Positions 1 through 9,582 are shown, numbered from the stretch's first letter. The stretch: 64,000 nucleotides of DNA from Candidatus Uhrbacteria bacterium (GCA_016188425.1 JACPHX010000020.1:1821-65820), one strand, 5' to 3'. Translations and numbers: made by a program. Notes: a model not told the origin generated them from the sequence alone.

Positions 1-1715
1 GCGAACCGTTCCAAAGACGTGTCGGCATCCGTTTCGCCTGTTTGAAGCGCGTAGAGTTTGCCGTTATAGAGATCCAGGTCAACCCATTTCGTCTGCTCTG
101 GTTGTGAAACGTTGGCGGAGGAAACCGTCCAGGTTTTTGTGTCTAATCGGTTCAATGTCCGGCTCGTCTCATCCAGAATATAGCTTCCGGTTGCCTGCGC
201 CCCCGCAAGGGATGGGGCGCCCAATGTTCCTGTCAGGGTGAGCGGCGTCAGGGTATTCGCGGGGATGTTGTATCGGTACCCGCTGCCATTTTTTCCGATA
301 AGGATCAAGTCGCTTTCGATGGGGAAGAATGCCACGGCCTGTCCGCTGCCGGTTGGGGTCAGGATAGAGGGGTGGCTGATGACGGTTTCGCGTCGCAATC
401 CTTGTTCAAGGGCAGTCATGGTTTCTTGGAATCCGGCAACCGTGTCGGTATCAGCCCCTGTTTGTCCTTGCCAGGCGCTCAGTCGTATTTTTGCTTCCGT
501 GAGCAACTCTCGCGTTCTTGATTCGTTTTTATAAATAAGCGCCGCCTGCGCTTCATCCAGCAATCCTTTTATTTCCCTCCCTTTTGCCGCTTGCGCTTCC
601 ACGGCGGTTTTTTCCTGGTGTCGGTTTCGTACGAGCACGATTCCGCCGCCAAAAAGAAGGAGGCAGAGGATGCCGCACAGGATGAGGATTCGTCCACGGA
701 CGGGTACACCCCGATAGCGACGGCGCCAAGGAAGGATTTTATCCCGAAGCAATGTTCGGGGGGAGTTGCTTGCCGGGTGGGTCTGCTTCTCCTTTTTCCG
801 TTGAGCCACGAAGCTTGATACTGTGGCGGGAATACGGACGATGGTGCGCCGGATGACCGCAAAGACCCCGTGTCCTTCTTGGAGGGTTCGGGCGGGCGAT
901 GAACGTCGCTTCAAACGCGAAAGGAGGCCTTTGAGCGGGGAAGGAGCATGGTCGCCGATCATATCCTCCGTCGTTTCTGAAAGGAGGAGGAGCTCTTGGG
1001 CGGATCGGTCTTTCGTGGTATCAAGTCGGACACGCGGTTCGCGGATCTCGCTGGCTTGGATGAGGACGGCGGCGAGTTCCGCCGCGGCTGGCAGGTATTG
1101 CCGGATGCGTTCCGCCGCCCCTTTGGGCGGGAGGGTCGCGAGCAGAGCGTGGAGTTCCTGGGCGGGGATATCGCGGGGCAAATCGCGGCTGGCGGCGCAC
1201 CAGACATCGCCGGCGTTCAGGCGTCCGTCCAGAAGCACGGCGAAGGGCTTTTCCCAGGAGGGAAGTACTTGTTCCGTCTGTATGCTGCGAGCAAGGTTGA
1301 ACACTTGGTAGCGTCCGTCCTCCGTGCGGTGGAGGAAGAGCACGCACAGGTCTCCGGCTCCCGAGAGGAACATATCTTGCTCGCAGACCACGCAAGCCAC
1401 GGCATGGAACTCTTGGATGGGAATGGAAAGGGCGCCGGTGCGTACTTCATGGGCCAGATGATGGTTGAGCCCGCTTAAAAACTGTTCGAATCGGTGTTCC
1501 GCATTCGATCCTTTCTTGATGCTTTCTGCGAGGCGGTTGAGGTGTTCCCGGAAAAGTTCGTTGACAAGTTGGCCCGCATCTGTTTTTGTTTTGATGGCGC
1601 ACAGGCCAGCCACATATCCGACCCGATCGGTGAGCGGGAACAAAAAGGTCGCCAGGTGCATGCGGCTTTTTGGGGGGAGGGCAAGGATTTCATGGGCTTT
1701 CAACTCAAATGCCAT
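1..1715 (-). CDS. membrane-anchored protein, partial (3' end runs off the window start): ~250-aa cytoplasmic N-terminal domain, single TM helix, extracytoplasmic C-terminal domain
   Basis: The minus frame whose codons end at positions equal to 2 mod 3 has no stop from 1769 down to position 1 (>580 codons). It is absent from the ORF track only because no stop lies in the window. ATG candidates at 1715 and 1661. Hand translation is protein-like: ...RRRYRGVPVRGR-ILILCGILCLLLFGGGIVLV-RNRQPGKTAVEAQAAKGREIKGLLDEAQAALIYKNESRTRELLTEAKIRLSAW... Plus-strand ORFs 996..1478 and 1494..1736 are its codon-aligned antisense shadow. Confidence 0.55.
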   Translation of the reverse strand, partial: MAFELKAHEILALPPKSRMHLATFLFPLTDRVGYVAGLCAIKTKTDAGQLVNELFREHLNRLAESIKKGSNAEHRFEQFLSGLNHHLAHEVRTGALSIPIQEFHAVACVVCEQDMFLSGAGDLCVLFLHRTEDGRYQVFNLARSIQTEQVLPSWEKPFAVLLDGRLNAGDVWCAASRDLPRDIPAQELHALLATLPPKGAAERIRQYLPAAAELAAVLIQASEIREPRVRLDTTKDRSAQELLLLSETTEDMIGDHAPSPLKGLLSRLKRRSSPARTLQEGHGVFAVIRRTIVRIPATVSSFVAQRKKEKQTHPASNSPRTLLRDKILPWRRRYRGVPVRGRILILCGILCLLLFGGGIVLVRNRHQEKTAVEAQAAKGREIKGLLDEAQAALIYKNESRTRELLTEAKIRLSAWQGQTGADTDTVAGFQETMTALEQGLRRETVISHPSILTPTGSGQAVAFFPIESDLILIGKNGSGYRYNIPANTLTPLTLTGTLGAPSLAGAQATGSYILDETSRTLNRLDTKTWTVSSANVSQPEQTKWVDLDLYNGKLYALQTGETDADTSLERF

Positions 1716-1789
1716 GCGGTTGCTCGGGGGGAATAGCTCGGGTACATTATACCCAAGGAGGCAAAGGCATCAATGCGGATTTATTTTTT

Positions 1790-2407
1790 GTGGAATCACT
1801 TCCCATCAAACTAGAACAGTTATTTGGCTCAAAAACCAGGGCGCAGCTTCTCTGGCTCTTTTTAGACCATCCCGAGCAGGCATTTTTTGTCCGGGAACTG
1901 ACCCGGCGCATCCATGCGCAACTCAATTCGGTGCGGCGAGAGCTGAAGAACCTCATCGAGCTCGGCGTGGTCGTCGAACGGCTGGCGGTTCCCAGCGCGG
2001 CGGCGGGAGGTGCAAAGCTTCTGTCCGAAAAGAAACGGTTTTACGCCGCCAATCCCGCCAGCATTCTCTTCGATGACTTGAAAGCGTTGTTCAAAAAAGT
2101 TCGGATCTTATTGCGGCAACATCTGGTCTCCGAAATCGAACAGCATGGCAGCGTCGAGTACGTGGCCTTCATGGGGAAGTTTATCGATGAAACATCGTCG
2201 GCAACGGATCTGATCATCGTCGGTTCGGTCGACCCCGGAAAAGTAAAACAGGTCGTGAAGGTGTTTGAAGACGAGCTTGGTTCGGAGATCAACTACACCT
2301 ACATGCCCAAAGACGAATTCCTGTATCGGCGGCAGGTGACGGACCGATTCCTGTCCTCGCTCCTGGATGCAAAAAAAGTGGTCGTCCTCAATAAGCTCGG
2401 GATTTGA
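1790..2407 (+). CDS. winged-helix (ArsR-like) regulator fused to a minimal nucleotidyltransferase-like domain
   Basis: Inside ORF 1670..2407. HTH segment TRAQLLWLFLDHPEQAFFVRELTRRIHAQLNSVRRELKNLIELGVV. C-terminal GKFIDETSSATDLIIVGSVD fits the NTase-fold G..x(9-13)D.D pattern. GTG start at 1790 gives a natural N-terminus MESLPIKLEQLFG; no in-frame ATG nearby. Confidence 0.55.
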   Translation: MESLPIKLEQLFGSKTRAQLLWLFLDHPEQAFFVRELTRRIHAQLNSVRRELKNLIELGVVVERLAVPSAAAGGAKLLSEKKRFYAANPASILFDDLKALFKKVRILLRQHLVSEIEQHGSVEYVAFMGKFIDETSSATDLIIVGSVDPGKVKQVVKVFEDELGSEINYTYMPKDEFLYRRQVTDRFLSSLLDAKKVVVLNKLGI

Positions 2408-2410
2408 GGT

Positions 2411-2812
2411 ATGGCCGTTTCGCTGCTTATAGATGGGCACGACATTCGGTGGATATTTTTTGCGATCATCGCGGAGGGGGGAGGAGGGAGGGGGGAGGTG
2501 AAGGGGATGCAACAGGTTTTTGCAGAGCCGGAGGGATTCTTGGGCGCGTTGGATGGTTTTTTGAATAGACAGGGGGAAAAGCTTCCGGACGTCGATGCCC
2601 TTTATGCCGTCCCTGGCCCCGGATCATTTACCGCTTGCCGCACATCGATCGCCCTTGTGAATGGCATCGCCTGGACCCGGTCGCTTCCGCTCTTTTCGAT
2701 TCCTCCGCTGTCGGCGCCGACGGTCGAGGATGTGCGCGATGCGCTCGCGCAGGCAAAACCCGTCTTGCTTCCGCTGGCTCCTGCCTACGACCGTCCACCG
2801 ACCATAACCTGA
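2411..2812 (+). CDS. tsaB: TsaB/YeaZ-like (inactive Kae1/TsaD homologue), short form
   Basis: Motif VPGPGSFTACRTSIALVNGIAW matches TsaB GPGSFTG(L/V)R(I)G; ATG at 2411 immediately after the upstream stop. Confidence 0.5.
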   Translation: MAVSLLIDGHDIRWIFFAIIAEGGGGRGEVKGMQQVFAEPEGFLGALDGFLNRQGEKLPDVDALYAVPGPGSFTACRTSIALVNGIAWTRSLPLFSIPPLSAPTVEDVRDALAQAKPVLLPLAPAYDRPPTIT

Positions 2813-2822
2813 TCCTCCCCCT

Positions 2823-4355
2823 GTGTTACTCCATTACCAAGTTGACACGAATACGAAGCAGCAAACGGCGTACCAATATGGGGACAGCCGTTTTTGGGAA
2901 ATGGTTCCGGGGCTGCTCGTGTGGGGCACGCTTCTTTTTGCTCTCGGGCTTTCGGTCTTGCGCCCGCTGTGGGCGATCGTGTTCGTCGTGGTGTTTGATT
3001 TGTATTGGTTGATCCGCGTGTTGTATTTCAGCGTCTTCCTTTGGGTTTCTTATCGACGGTATCGGGAGGCGACAGCGACCCTGTGGGGGGAGAAGTTGCG
3101 GAGTCTTCCGCGGGCGGCGGCGTTGCATCATCTCATTTTCCTTCCCACCGTCGAGGAGGATGTCTCCATCCTGCGGAAGACATTGCGCGCCTTGGCCGCC
3201 TCGAGTTTTCCCGCGAAACGGATGATCGTGGTGCTCGCGGGAGAAGAGAAGTTTCAGACGGAGTTCCGGGCGCGGGCCGATCACATGCAACGAGAATTCG
3301 GATCGCGGTTTGCCGCCGTTCTGGCGACCGTGCACCCGCGCGGGCTTCCGGGGGAGATCCCTGGAAAGGGATCCAATTTACACTGGGTCGGGTTGCAGAT
3401 GGAACAATGGCTTCGTGAGCATCTGCCCACGGTGGCGGATGAAGACCTCATCGTGTCGGCATTCGATGTGGATACCGTCGTGCATCCGGAATATTTTTCG
3501 TATTTGAGCTGGCTGTATGCGACCGCGTCCCGCCCCGAGCGCAGCTCCTACCAGCCGGTGGCTCTCTACGGCAATAACATTTGGACGGCACCCGCGCCTG
3601 TGCGCGTGGCGGCCTTTGGAACCAGTTTCTGGCTGATGGGGGAGATGTCGCGTCCGGAACGGTTGTGGACTTTTTCTTCGCATTCCATGCCCTGGAAGAT
3701 GGTGCGGGACATCCGGTTCTGGCAGAAAGATATCGTGAGCGAAGATTCGCGTATTTTTTTACAAGGGTTCATTCATTATCATGGCGATTTTCGCGTGACG
3801 CCGATGTATTTGCCGGTTTCGATGGATGCCGTAAGCGGCGCGAGTTATACGGATTCGTTGCGTAATCTTTACAAGCAACTGCGCCGGTGGGCGTGGGGGG
3901 TGGAACACCTGCCCGTGATGGTCCGTGAGTTTTCCCGCGATAGGCAGATGCCGTTTTGGAAAAAAATCCGTTCCGTGTTCAACCATATAGAAGGGATGTA
4001 CACCTGGGCCACCGCGCCGATCCTTATCTTCGTTTTGGGGTGGCTTCCGCTTCAACTCGCGGATCCATCGGAGGTGCTTGTGCAAGTGTCTCCGACGACC
4101 TTGGCGATCGTGATGCGCGCCGCGACCGCGGGGATTCTGCTGACGGGGGTGTTGGCGTTCCGGCTTCTTCCTCCGCGTCCCGGCACCGTTCCTCGGCGTA
4201 CGTGGCTCTTTATGGGGCTTCAGTGGCTGATGCTGCCGGTGACATTCGTTGTGTTTGGTTCGCTCCCCGCCATCGATGCGCAGACCCGGTTGATGATCGG
4301 CCGGTACTTGGGGTTCAATGTCACGGAGAAAAAGGCGCTAGGCGCCAGGCGTTAG
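2823..4355 (+). CDS. membrane-embedded family-2 glycosyltransferase (processive, cellulose/chitin-synthase-like)
   Basis: Multiple N- and C-terminal hydrophobic helices, a GT-A core, and YKQLRRWAWG matching the Q(R/Q)xRW motif of processive GT2 synthases. GTG at 2823; alternative ATG at 2901. Confidence 0.7.
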   Translation: MLLHYQVDTNTKQQTAYQYGDSRFWEMVPGLLVWGTLLFALGLSVLRPLWAIVFVVVFDLYWLIRVLYFSVFLWVSYRRYREATATLWGEKLRSLPRAAALHHLIFLPTVEEDVSILRKTLRALAASSFPAKRMIVVLAGEEKFQTEFRARADHMQREFGSRFAAVLATVHPRGLPGEIPGKGSNLHWVGLQMEQWLREHLPTVADEDLIVSAFDVDTVVHPEYFSYLSWLYATASRPERSSYQPVALYGNNIWTAPAPVRVAAFGTSFWLMGEMSRPERLWTFSSHSMPWKMVRDIRFWQKDIVSEDSRIFLQGFIHYHGDFRVTPMYLPVSMDAVSGASYTDSLRNLYKQLRRWAWGVEHLPVMVREFSRDRQMPFWKKIRSVFNHIEGMYTWATAPILIFVLGWLPLQLADPSEVLVQVSPTTLAIVMRAATAGILLTGVLAFRLLPPRPGTVPRRTWLFMGLQWLMLPVTFVVFGSLPAIDAQTRLMIGRYLGFNVTEKKALGARR

Positions 4356-4459
4356 GTATCGAGGAGTTAGGAGCAGTAGAAAACAAGCAAGGAAACAATG
4401 ATCTGGGATCGTCCGTCCGCCCCCCCCTAGCGCCCAACGCCTAGCGTCTCCCCCCCTCT

Positions 4460-5536
4460 ATGACCGAAACCATCTCAATCCATCTGGTCACCTGGAACAG
4501 CGCCCGCCATTTGCCGGCGCTTTTGGAGTCGATCCAAGCGCAGAGCGAGCCGCGTTTCTCGGTGCGCGTGGTGGATAATGCTTCCGAAGACCGGTCGCGA
4601 GAGATTGTGCGGGAGCAATTTCCCAGCGCGCTCCTCATGCGCAATGCGCGTAACAACGGGTTTGCGAGCGCGCATAACCAAGCGATTCGCTACGCGCTCG
4701 ACCATTGGGAGGGAGAAGACCTGTCTGACAAGTATATAGTGCTCATCAATCCGGACATCATCCTGAAACCGACATGCCTAGAGGAATTGCTTCGGGTGGC
4801 GCGGGCGCATCCGTCCGCCTCTTGCGTCGGCGCGAAACTGCTTCGGACATTCACGGAAAGCGGGAGCGATGAGGTGTTGTCGGAAAAGACTCCGTCGGAC
4901 ATCATCGATTCATTGGGACTGCATCCGCATCGGAACCGTTCGATCACGGAGTGGCGCGCGGGCGAGCTTGATCGAGATCCCCATCCCGCCGGGCGGATGC
5001 AAGGCACAGAGGGGGAAGAGGAAGAGGTGTTCGGCATCTCCGGCGCGCTCGCGCTGTATCGGGCCAGCGCCCTGGCGGATGCCTCGGCAGAAGGGGCCGT
5101 ATTCGATCCGTCGTTTTTTTCTTACAAGGAGGATGTGGATTTGGCGTGGCGGCTGCGATGGCTGGGATACGAGGCTTGGTGTGCGCCAAGAGCCGCGGCC
5201 TTCCACGAACGAGGGATGGCCGCGCCGTCTCTGCATGGCTTTTGGGCGCGCGTCTCGCATCGACGACGCCAGCCGGACCGACGAAAATATTATTCGAACC
5301 GCAACCACTGGCTCTTGCTCATCAAGAACGAATCCGCAGGCAGCCTGTTCCTGTCTGCTCCTTGGATCCTCTTGCACGAAGCGAAGCGCGTGCTGTACAC
5401 CCTGTGCATAGAACCGTTGGGGCTTGGAGCATTCGCGTCCGCTTTTCTTGGATTTCCGCGTGCTTGGAAAGCCAGGCGCTTGCTGATATCCCGCCGACGC
5501 GTGAGTCCCAAGGATATGCGGAAATGGTTTGTATGA
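4460..5536 (+). CDS. family-2 glycosyltransferase (rhamnosyl/galactosyl-transferase-like)
   Basis: N-terminal ISIHLVTWNSARHLPALLESIQAQS...VRVVDNASED is a typical GT2 start; ATG at 4460. Confidence 0.75.
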   Translation: MTETISIHLVTWNSARHLPALLESIQAQSEPRFSVRVVDNASEDRSREIVREQFPSALLMRNARNNGFASAHNQAIRYALDHWEGEDLSDKYIVLINPDIILKPTCLEELLRVARAHPSASCVGAKLLRTFTESGSDEVLSEKTPSDIIDSLGLHPHRNRSITEWRAGELDRDPHPAGRMQGTEGEEEEVFGISGALALYRASALADASAEGAVFDPSFFSYKEDVDLAWRLRWLGYEAWCAPRAAAFHERGMAAPSLHGFWARVSHRRRQPDRRKYYSNRNHWLLLIKNESAGSLFLSAPWILLHEAKRVLYTLCIEPLGLGAFASAFLGFPRAWKARRLLISRRRVSPKDMRKWFV

Positions 5537-6396
5537 TTTCCATCCTGATCGTCCACTACAATACGCCTGGTCTCCTGCGGCAAACATTGCGCGGGTTTGA
5601 GCGCTGTCCTCCGACGGTCCCATTTGAGTTGGTGGTGGTGGATAACAATCCCACGCAGCGGGTCGCGAGTTGGGTTGCGGCCGAATTTCCGCAGGTAAAA
5701 CTGGTTGTGTCAGAATACAATCGCGGGTTTGGCGGAGCCATGAACGTGGCGGCCGCCGCGGCCGCGGGCGATTATCTGTTTGTATTCAATCCCGACATCG
5801 CGATTTTTCCAGGCGTATTGGAAGGGCTCACTTCGTTTCTGGACGAGAACCCCGATGTGGGAGTGGTAGGCCCGCAACTGCGCAACGCGGATGGCACGGT
5901 GCAATATAGTTGTTACCGTTTTATGACCCCCGCGATCGTCCTGTACCGGCGCCTGCCTGGGGCCGCGCTGTTTGCAAAGGCTCGCAGCGTTGTTTCCTCC
6001 TATCTCATGGAGGATGCCGACCATTCCAAGGTGCAAGATGTTGATTATCTCCTGGGGGCCTCGTTGTTTATGCGTCGGACGCTGTTTCAAAAATTAGGCG
6101 GGTTCGACCCCAAGTTGTTCATGTATTTTGAGGACCAGGATTTTTGTCGCCGAACCTGGATGTCGGGGTCGAGGGTTGTGTATTATCCCCTGGTCCACCT
6201 GGTTCACTACCATCGACGGGAAACCGCCCACGGAAACGTGCTGCGACAGCTTTTTCAGCGTCTGACGCGTATTCAAATGCGCAGCGCGTGGTATTATTTC
6301 CGTAAATATAAAGGACAGGAGAATCCAAGGAGGGGGGGAGGGTGGAGGGGGGAGGGGGGAGACAGGGAGCGGGGAGCGAATGGACCTGCAAGCTGA
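5533..6396 (+). CDS. family-2 glycosyltransferase; C-terminal tail encoded by a poly-G repeat
   Basis: MISILIVHYNTPGLLRQTL...LVVVDNNPT is a GT2 start. The ATG at 5533 overlaps the upstream stop as ATGA (alternative ATG at 5524). The tail RRGGGWRGEGGDRERGANGPAS is read from the G-rich arm of the repeat at 6338. Confidence 0.7.
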   Translation: MISILIVHYNTPGLLRQTLRGFERCPPTVPFELVVVDNNPTQRVASWVAAEFPQVKLVVSEYNRGFGGAMNVAAAAAAGDYLFVFNPDIAIFPGVLEGLTSFLDENPDVGVVGPQLRNADGTVQYSCYRFMTPAIVLYRRLPGAALFAKARSVVSSYLMEDADHSKVQDVDYLLGASLFMRRTLFQKLGGFDPKLFMYFEDQDFCRRTWMSGSRVVYYPLVHLVHYHRRETAHGNVLRQLFQRLTRIQMRSAWYYFRKYKGQENPRRGGGWRGEGGDRERGANGPAS

Positions 6397-6478
6397 TTTT
6401 GTACCCTTGGTTGTTTCCATTCCTTCCTACCCCTTTTCCCAATCCTCCTCCCTCCCCCCTCCACTCCTCCCACCTCTC
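6338..6478. repeat. poly-G arm (6338..6363) and poly-C arm (6421..6478) forming an inverted homopurine/homopyrimidine element
   Basis: ggagggggggagggtggaggggggaggggggag ... cctcctccctcccccctccactcctcccacctctc. The same architecture occurs in frame inside secA at 62559..62654. Confidence 0.5.
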
Positions 6479-6479
6479 T

Positions 6480-8498
6480 ATGCCTCAACCCCCAACCTTA
6501 CTAACTGCAACCCCCCTCCCACCAAAGAGGAAATCACCTCACCGTGCCGGTCGGCTGATCCTTCTTGGGTTGTTGGTGCTCATTGTGTGGATAAGCACCA
6601 CCCTTGTGTTTGCTTTGCTCGCGGCCCGAGCGGCATTTGCGGGGCGGGATGCGTTATTGGCGGCCCGTGGGGAGATTGAATCCATGCAATTTTCCGCCGC
6701 CGCGGATTCATTGAAGCGTTCCGGAGATCAGTTCCGCGTGGCGCAATCTCGACTTGCCTTTATCACCCCTTGGGATCATCTGCCTTATACCGGCGATCAG
6801 CTCATGGCCATCAAGGGTTTAGTGGAGGGGGGCGTACAGGTGGCAGATGTCCTTTCTTCCCTTGTGGGTTTGGGTGAGGATCTCTTGGCTCTTTCTGACC
6901 TGTCCAAGGAACGACTTCTCGAGCTTCAGCAAGCCGGGGAAATTCCGCATGCCTACGCCACCCTTTCTCTGGATACAAAAGCGGCCTTGTTGCGCCGTCT
7001 CGAAGCCGCTTCGCCCGAATTGTTGCTTCTTTCAACAAAGCTTGATCTTATCGGTCGGTCACTGCAACAACAGGTATCCAACCAAGCGGTCGCCACGTTG
7101 CTTGCGGACGTGCTTCGTCCTGTCCGTGCCCAAGTAGGAGAACTCTCGGAGCGTTTGCGTGGCCTGTCTGCCTTTGCCCGTGTCGTCCCGTCGTTGCTTG
7201 GAACAGACAAAGATTCTCATCTGATGGTCCTTTTTCTTAACAACGATGAGCTGCGGCCTGGGGGTGGATTTTTGGGGACATTCGCCCAGGCCACTTTGCG
7301 GGTCGGGGAGTTGAAAGAGATTGCGGCGCACGACAGCTACTCGCTTGATACGCCTGCCGGCGGCGCTGGGGCAGTGATCCTTCCTCCGCCGGTCCCGTTG
7401 GAGCGGTACAACAATACCCACGGTTGGTTCCTTCGCGATGCGAATTGGTCGCCCGATTTTCCGACGTCCACCCAGCAAGTGCTGCGGCTGTATAAACATG
7501 AACGCGGCCAGCTTCCTCCAGAAGCCCAGGAGGAGTGGCCTTCGGAAGAACCGGATTTTGTTTTCGGCATGACGCCCGATGTCGCTTCCGCCTTGTTGAC
7601 GGCCACCGGGCCGCTTATGATCCGTGACACACGGATCACCTCGGAGAATATTTCGGAGGTGCTCCAGTACGAATCGCAAGTCGGGTTTGCCGATCGCGGG
7701 ATCCCGTTTGAACAACGCAAAACCATCCTGCTGGAATTGGTGCCCAAGATGCTTGAGCGATTGCAGGCGCTGCCGCTTTCCTCCGTTCGGAACGTGCTGT
7801 CGCTGTTGCAGGATCAAGCCGACCATCGGCAGCTGATGGCCTGGGCGCGCCAGCCATCCATTCAAGACACGTTTACGAGGCTTGGATGGGCGGGGGAGAT
7901 GAGCGCGCAAGGGGACGTGCAGATGGTGGTCGACGCCAATTTGGCGAGCTTAAAAACCGACCCTGTAGTTTTGCGGGCGATCCGGTATGAGATCAGCAAG
8001 AACACCGATGGAAAATATGTCGGGCGCACAACCATTCGATATGCGCACACGGGTTCTTTCGATTATAAAACAACCCGTTACCGCACCTACGTGCAGCTCT
8101 ATCTTCCCTCTGGCTCCGAATTGATCCGCGCCACCGGTTTGTTGCGAGACGATAGGATCAACGATCCGGACGGACATCCGGGAGAGGTTGATGTCAAAAC
8201 GGATGGCGGGTTCACCGCGTTGGGCGGCTTCACGTCGATTGAGCCGAGCCAGACCCGCGAGATCACCTTCGATTATTTGCTTGCTCCGTCGGTCGTGTCT
8301 CTGATTGATGCGGGAACCTATCGTCTGAACGTCATAAAGCAGCTGGGCGCGGACGATCGTGCATTGACGCTCCATCTCGATTTTGGTAAGACGCTCACAC
8401 GCGCATCTCCTTCGGAGGAACGGGACCATTGGGGCGACACCATCTACGATTGGTCGGGAGTTCTGGAAGGAAAGAGCGCGTTTGAGGTTGGACTGTAA
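6480..8498 (+). CDS. DUF4012-like membrane-anchored protein (polysaccharide-locus associated)
   Basis: ATG at 6480 (internal M47 of ORF 6342..8498), then TM helix LILLGLLVLIVWISTTLVFALL. Motif LFLNNDELRPGGGFLGTF resembles the conserved RPxGGF(I/L)G core of DUF4012. The DUF number is assigned from memory. Confidence 0.55.
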   Translation: MPQPPTLLTATPLPPKRKSPHRAGRLILLGLLVLIVWISTTLVFALLAARAAFAGRDALLAARGEIESMQFSAAADSLKRSGDQFRVAQSRLAFITPWDHLPYTGDQLMAIKGLVEGGVQVADVLSSLVGLGEDLLALSDLSKERLLELQQAGEIPHAYATLSLDTKAALLRRLEAASPELLLLSTKLDLIGRSLQQQVSNQAVATLLADVLRPVRAQVGELSERLRGLSAFARVVPSLLGTDKDSHLMVLFLNNDELRPGGGFLGTFAQATLRVGELKEIAAHDSYSLDTPAGGAGAVILPPPVPLERYNNTHGWFLRDANWSPDFPTSTQQVLRLYKHERGQLPPEAQEEWPSEEPDFVFGMTPDVASALLTATGPLMIRDTRITSENISEVLQYESQVGFADRGIPFEQRKTILLELVPKMLERLQALPLSSVRNVLSLLQDQADHRQLMAWARQPSIQDTFTRLGWAGEMSAQGDVQMVVDANLASLKTDPVVLRAIRYEISKNTDGKYVGRTTIRYAHTGSFDYKTTRYRTYVQLYLPSGSELIRATGLLRDDRINDPDGHPGEVDVKTDGGFTALGGFTSIEPSQTREITFDYLLAPSVVSLIDAGTYRLNVIKQLGADDRALTLHLDFGKTLTRASPSEERDHWGDTIYDWSGVLEGKSAFEVGL

Positions 8499-8507
8499 TT
8501 TTTTCTT

Positions 8508-9512
8508 GTGTTTCAAAAAAAAATCGGCATAGACCTTGGAACCACGACGGTGCTTGTGTATGCCCCGAAGCGGGGGATCATTATTCATGAACCCTCGGTT
8601 GTTGCTGTTTCGGTCATAGACAATAAGGTGTTGGCGGTGGGGAAGGAAGCCAAGGACATGCTTGGGCGCACCCCAGACACCATCGTCGCCCGCCGCCCGC
8701 TCAAGGACGGCGTGATTGCGGATTATCGCACCACCGAGGCCATGTTGCGGTATTTTATCAACAAAGCCCTGGGAGGATTTCGTCTGTTCCGCCCCGAAGT
8801 CATGGTGGCTGTTCCCGGAGGCATTACTTCTACGGAACGACGCGCGGTTATCGACGCGACCCTCTCTGCGGGCGCCAAGGCGGCCTACGTCATCCCGGAG
8901 CCGATCGTAGCGGCGATAGGGGCAAACATCCCCATCGGCTCGCCCTCGGGGCACATGATTATCGATATCGGGGGCGGTACGGCCGAGATGGCGGTCATTT
9001 CGTTGGGAGGCATCGTTGCCTCGGCTTCTATCCGCATCGGCGGGGTAAAGATCGATGCGGCCATCATGGAATACATCCGCCGCAAATATGGGCTCGCGAT
9101 CGGGGAGCGCACCTCGGAACAAATCAAGATAGACATCGGGGCGGCCATGTATATGCCGGAAAAGCTCACGATGGAGGTGCGCGGGCGCGACATGATCAGC
9201 GGCCTTCCAAAGATCATCACGGTCACAAGCGACGACGTCACCGCCGCGATCCAAAATGAACTTGAGGGCATCATCGCGACGGTCAAAGAAGTGTTGCACA
9301 AAACCCCGCCAGAGCTCGCCGCCGACGTCATGGACAAGGGCATTGTCATGTCCGGCGGTTCCTCCCAATTGCGCATGCTTGATCGTCTTATCGCGGAGGC
9401 CACGGGTGTTCCTACGTTCGTCGCGGAGGATACGCAGCAATGCGTGGTGAAGGGGACGGGGATCGCGCTGGAAAATTTGGAGGCGTATAAGAGGAGTATT
9501 TTTACGAGGTAG
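8508..9512 (+). CDS. mreB: rod-shape-determining protein MreB
   Basis: MFQKKIGIDLGTTTVLVY...DIGGGTAEMAV...MSGGSSQL are actin-fold MreB signatures; GTG start at 8508. Confidence 0.9.
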   Translation: MFQKKIGIDLGTTTVLVYAPKRGIIIHEPSVVAVSVIDNKVLAVGKEAKDMLGRTPDTIVARRPLKDGVIADYRTTEAMLRYFINKALGGFRLFRPEVMVAVPGGITSTERRAVIDATLSAGAKAAYVIPEPIVAAIGANIPIGSPSGHMIIDIGGGTAEMAVISLGGIVASASIRIGGVKIDAAIMEYIRRKYGLAIGERTSEQIKIDIGAAMYMPEKLTMEVRGRDMISGLPKIITVTSDDVTAAIQNELEGIIATVKEVLHKTPPELAADVMDKGIVMSGGSSQLRMLDRLIAEATGVPTFVAEDTQQCVVKGTGIALENLEAYKRSIFTR

Positions 9513-9534
9513 ATGTCGAGTTTGATTAATATAC

Positions 9535-9564
9535 AAAACCTCCAATTTCTTGGAGGTTTTGTTG
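9535..9564 (+). terminator. intrinsic terminator after mreB
   Basis: aaaacctccaa-tttc-ttggaggtttt followed by gttg: an 11-bp perfect stem with a T-rich tail. Confidence 0.7.
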
Positions 9565-9582
9565 ATCTCGGCTAACCCGAGA

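Noticed and set aside
996-1736. Plus-strand ORFs 996..1478 and 1494..1736 (same frame, separated by a single TAA), which could be read as a gene with a recoded or readthrough stop
   Set aside because: They are the codon-aligned antisense of a minus frame that is stop-free for >580 codons and encodes a signal-anchor protein. A stop-interrupted shadow frame is expected in GC-rich antisense; a recoding claim is not supportable.
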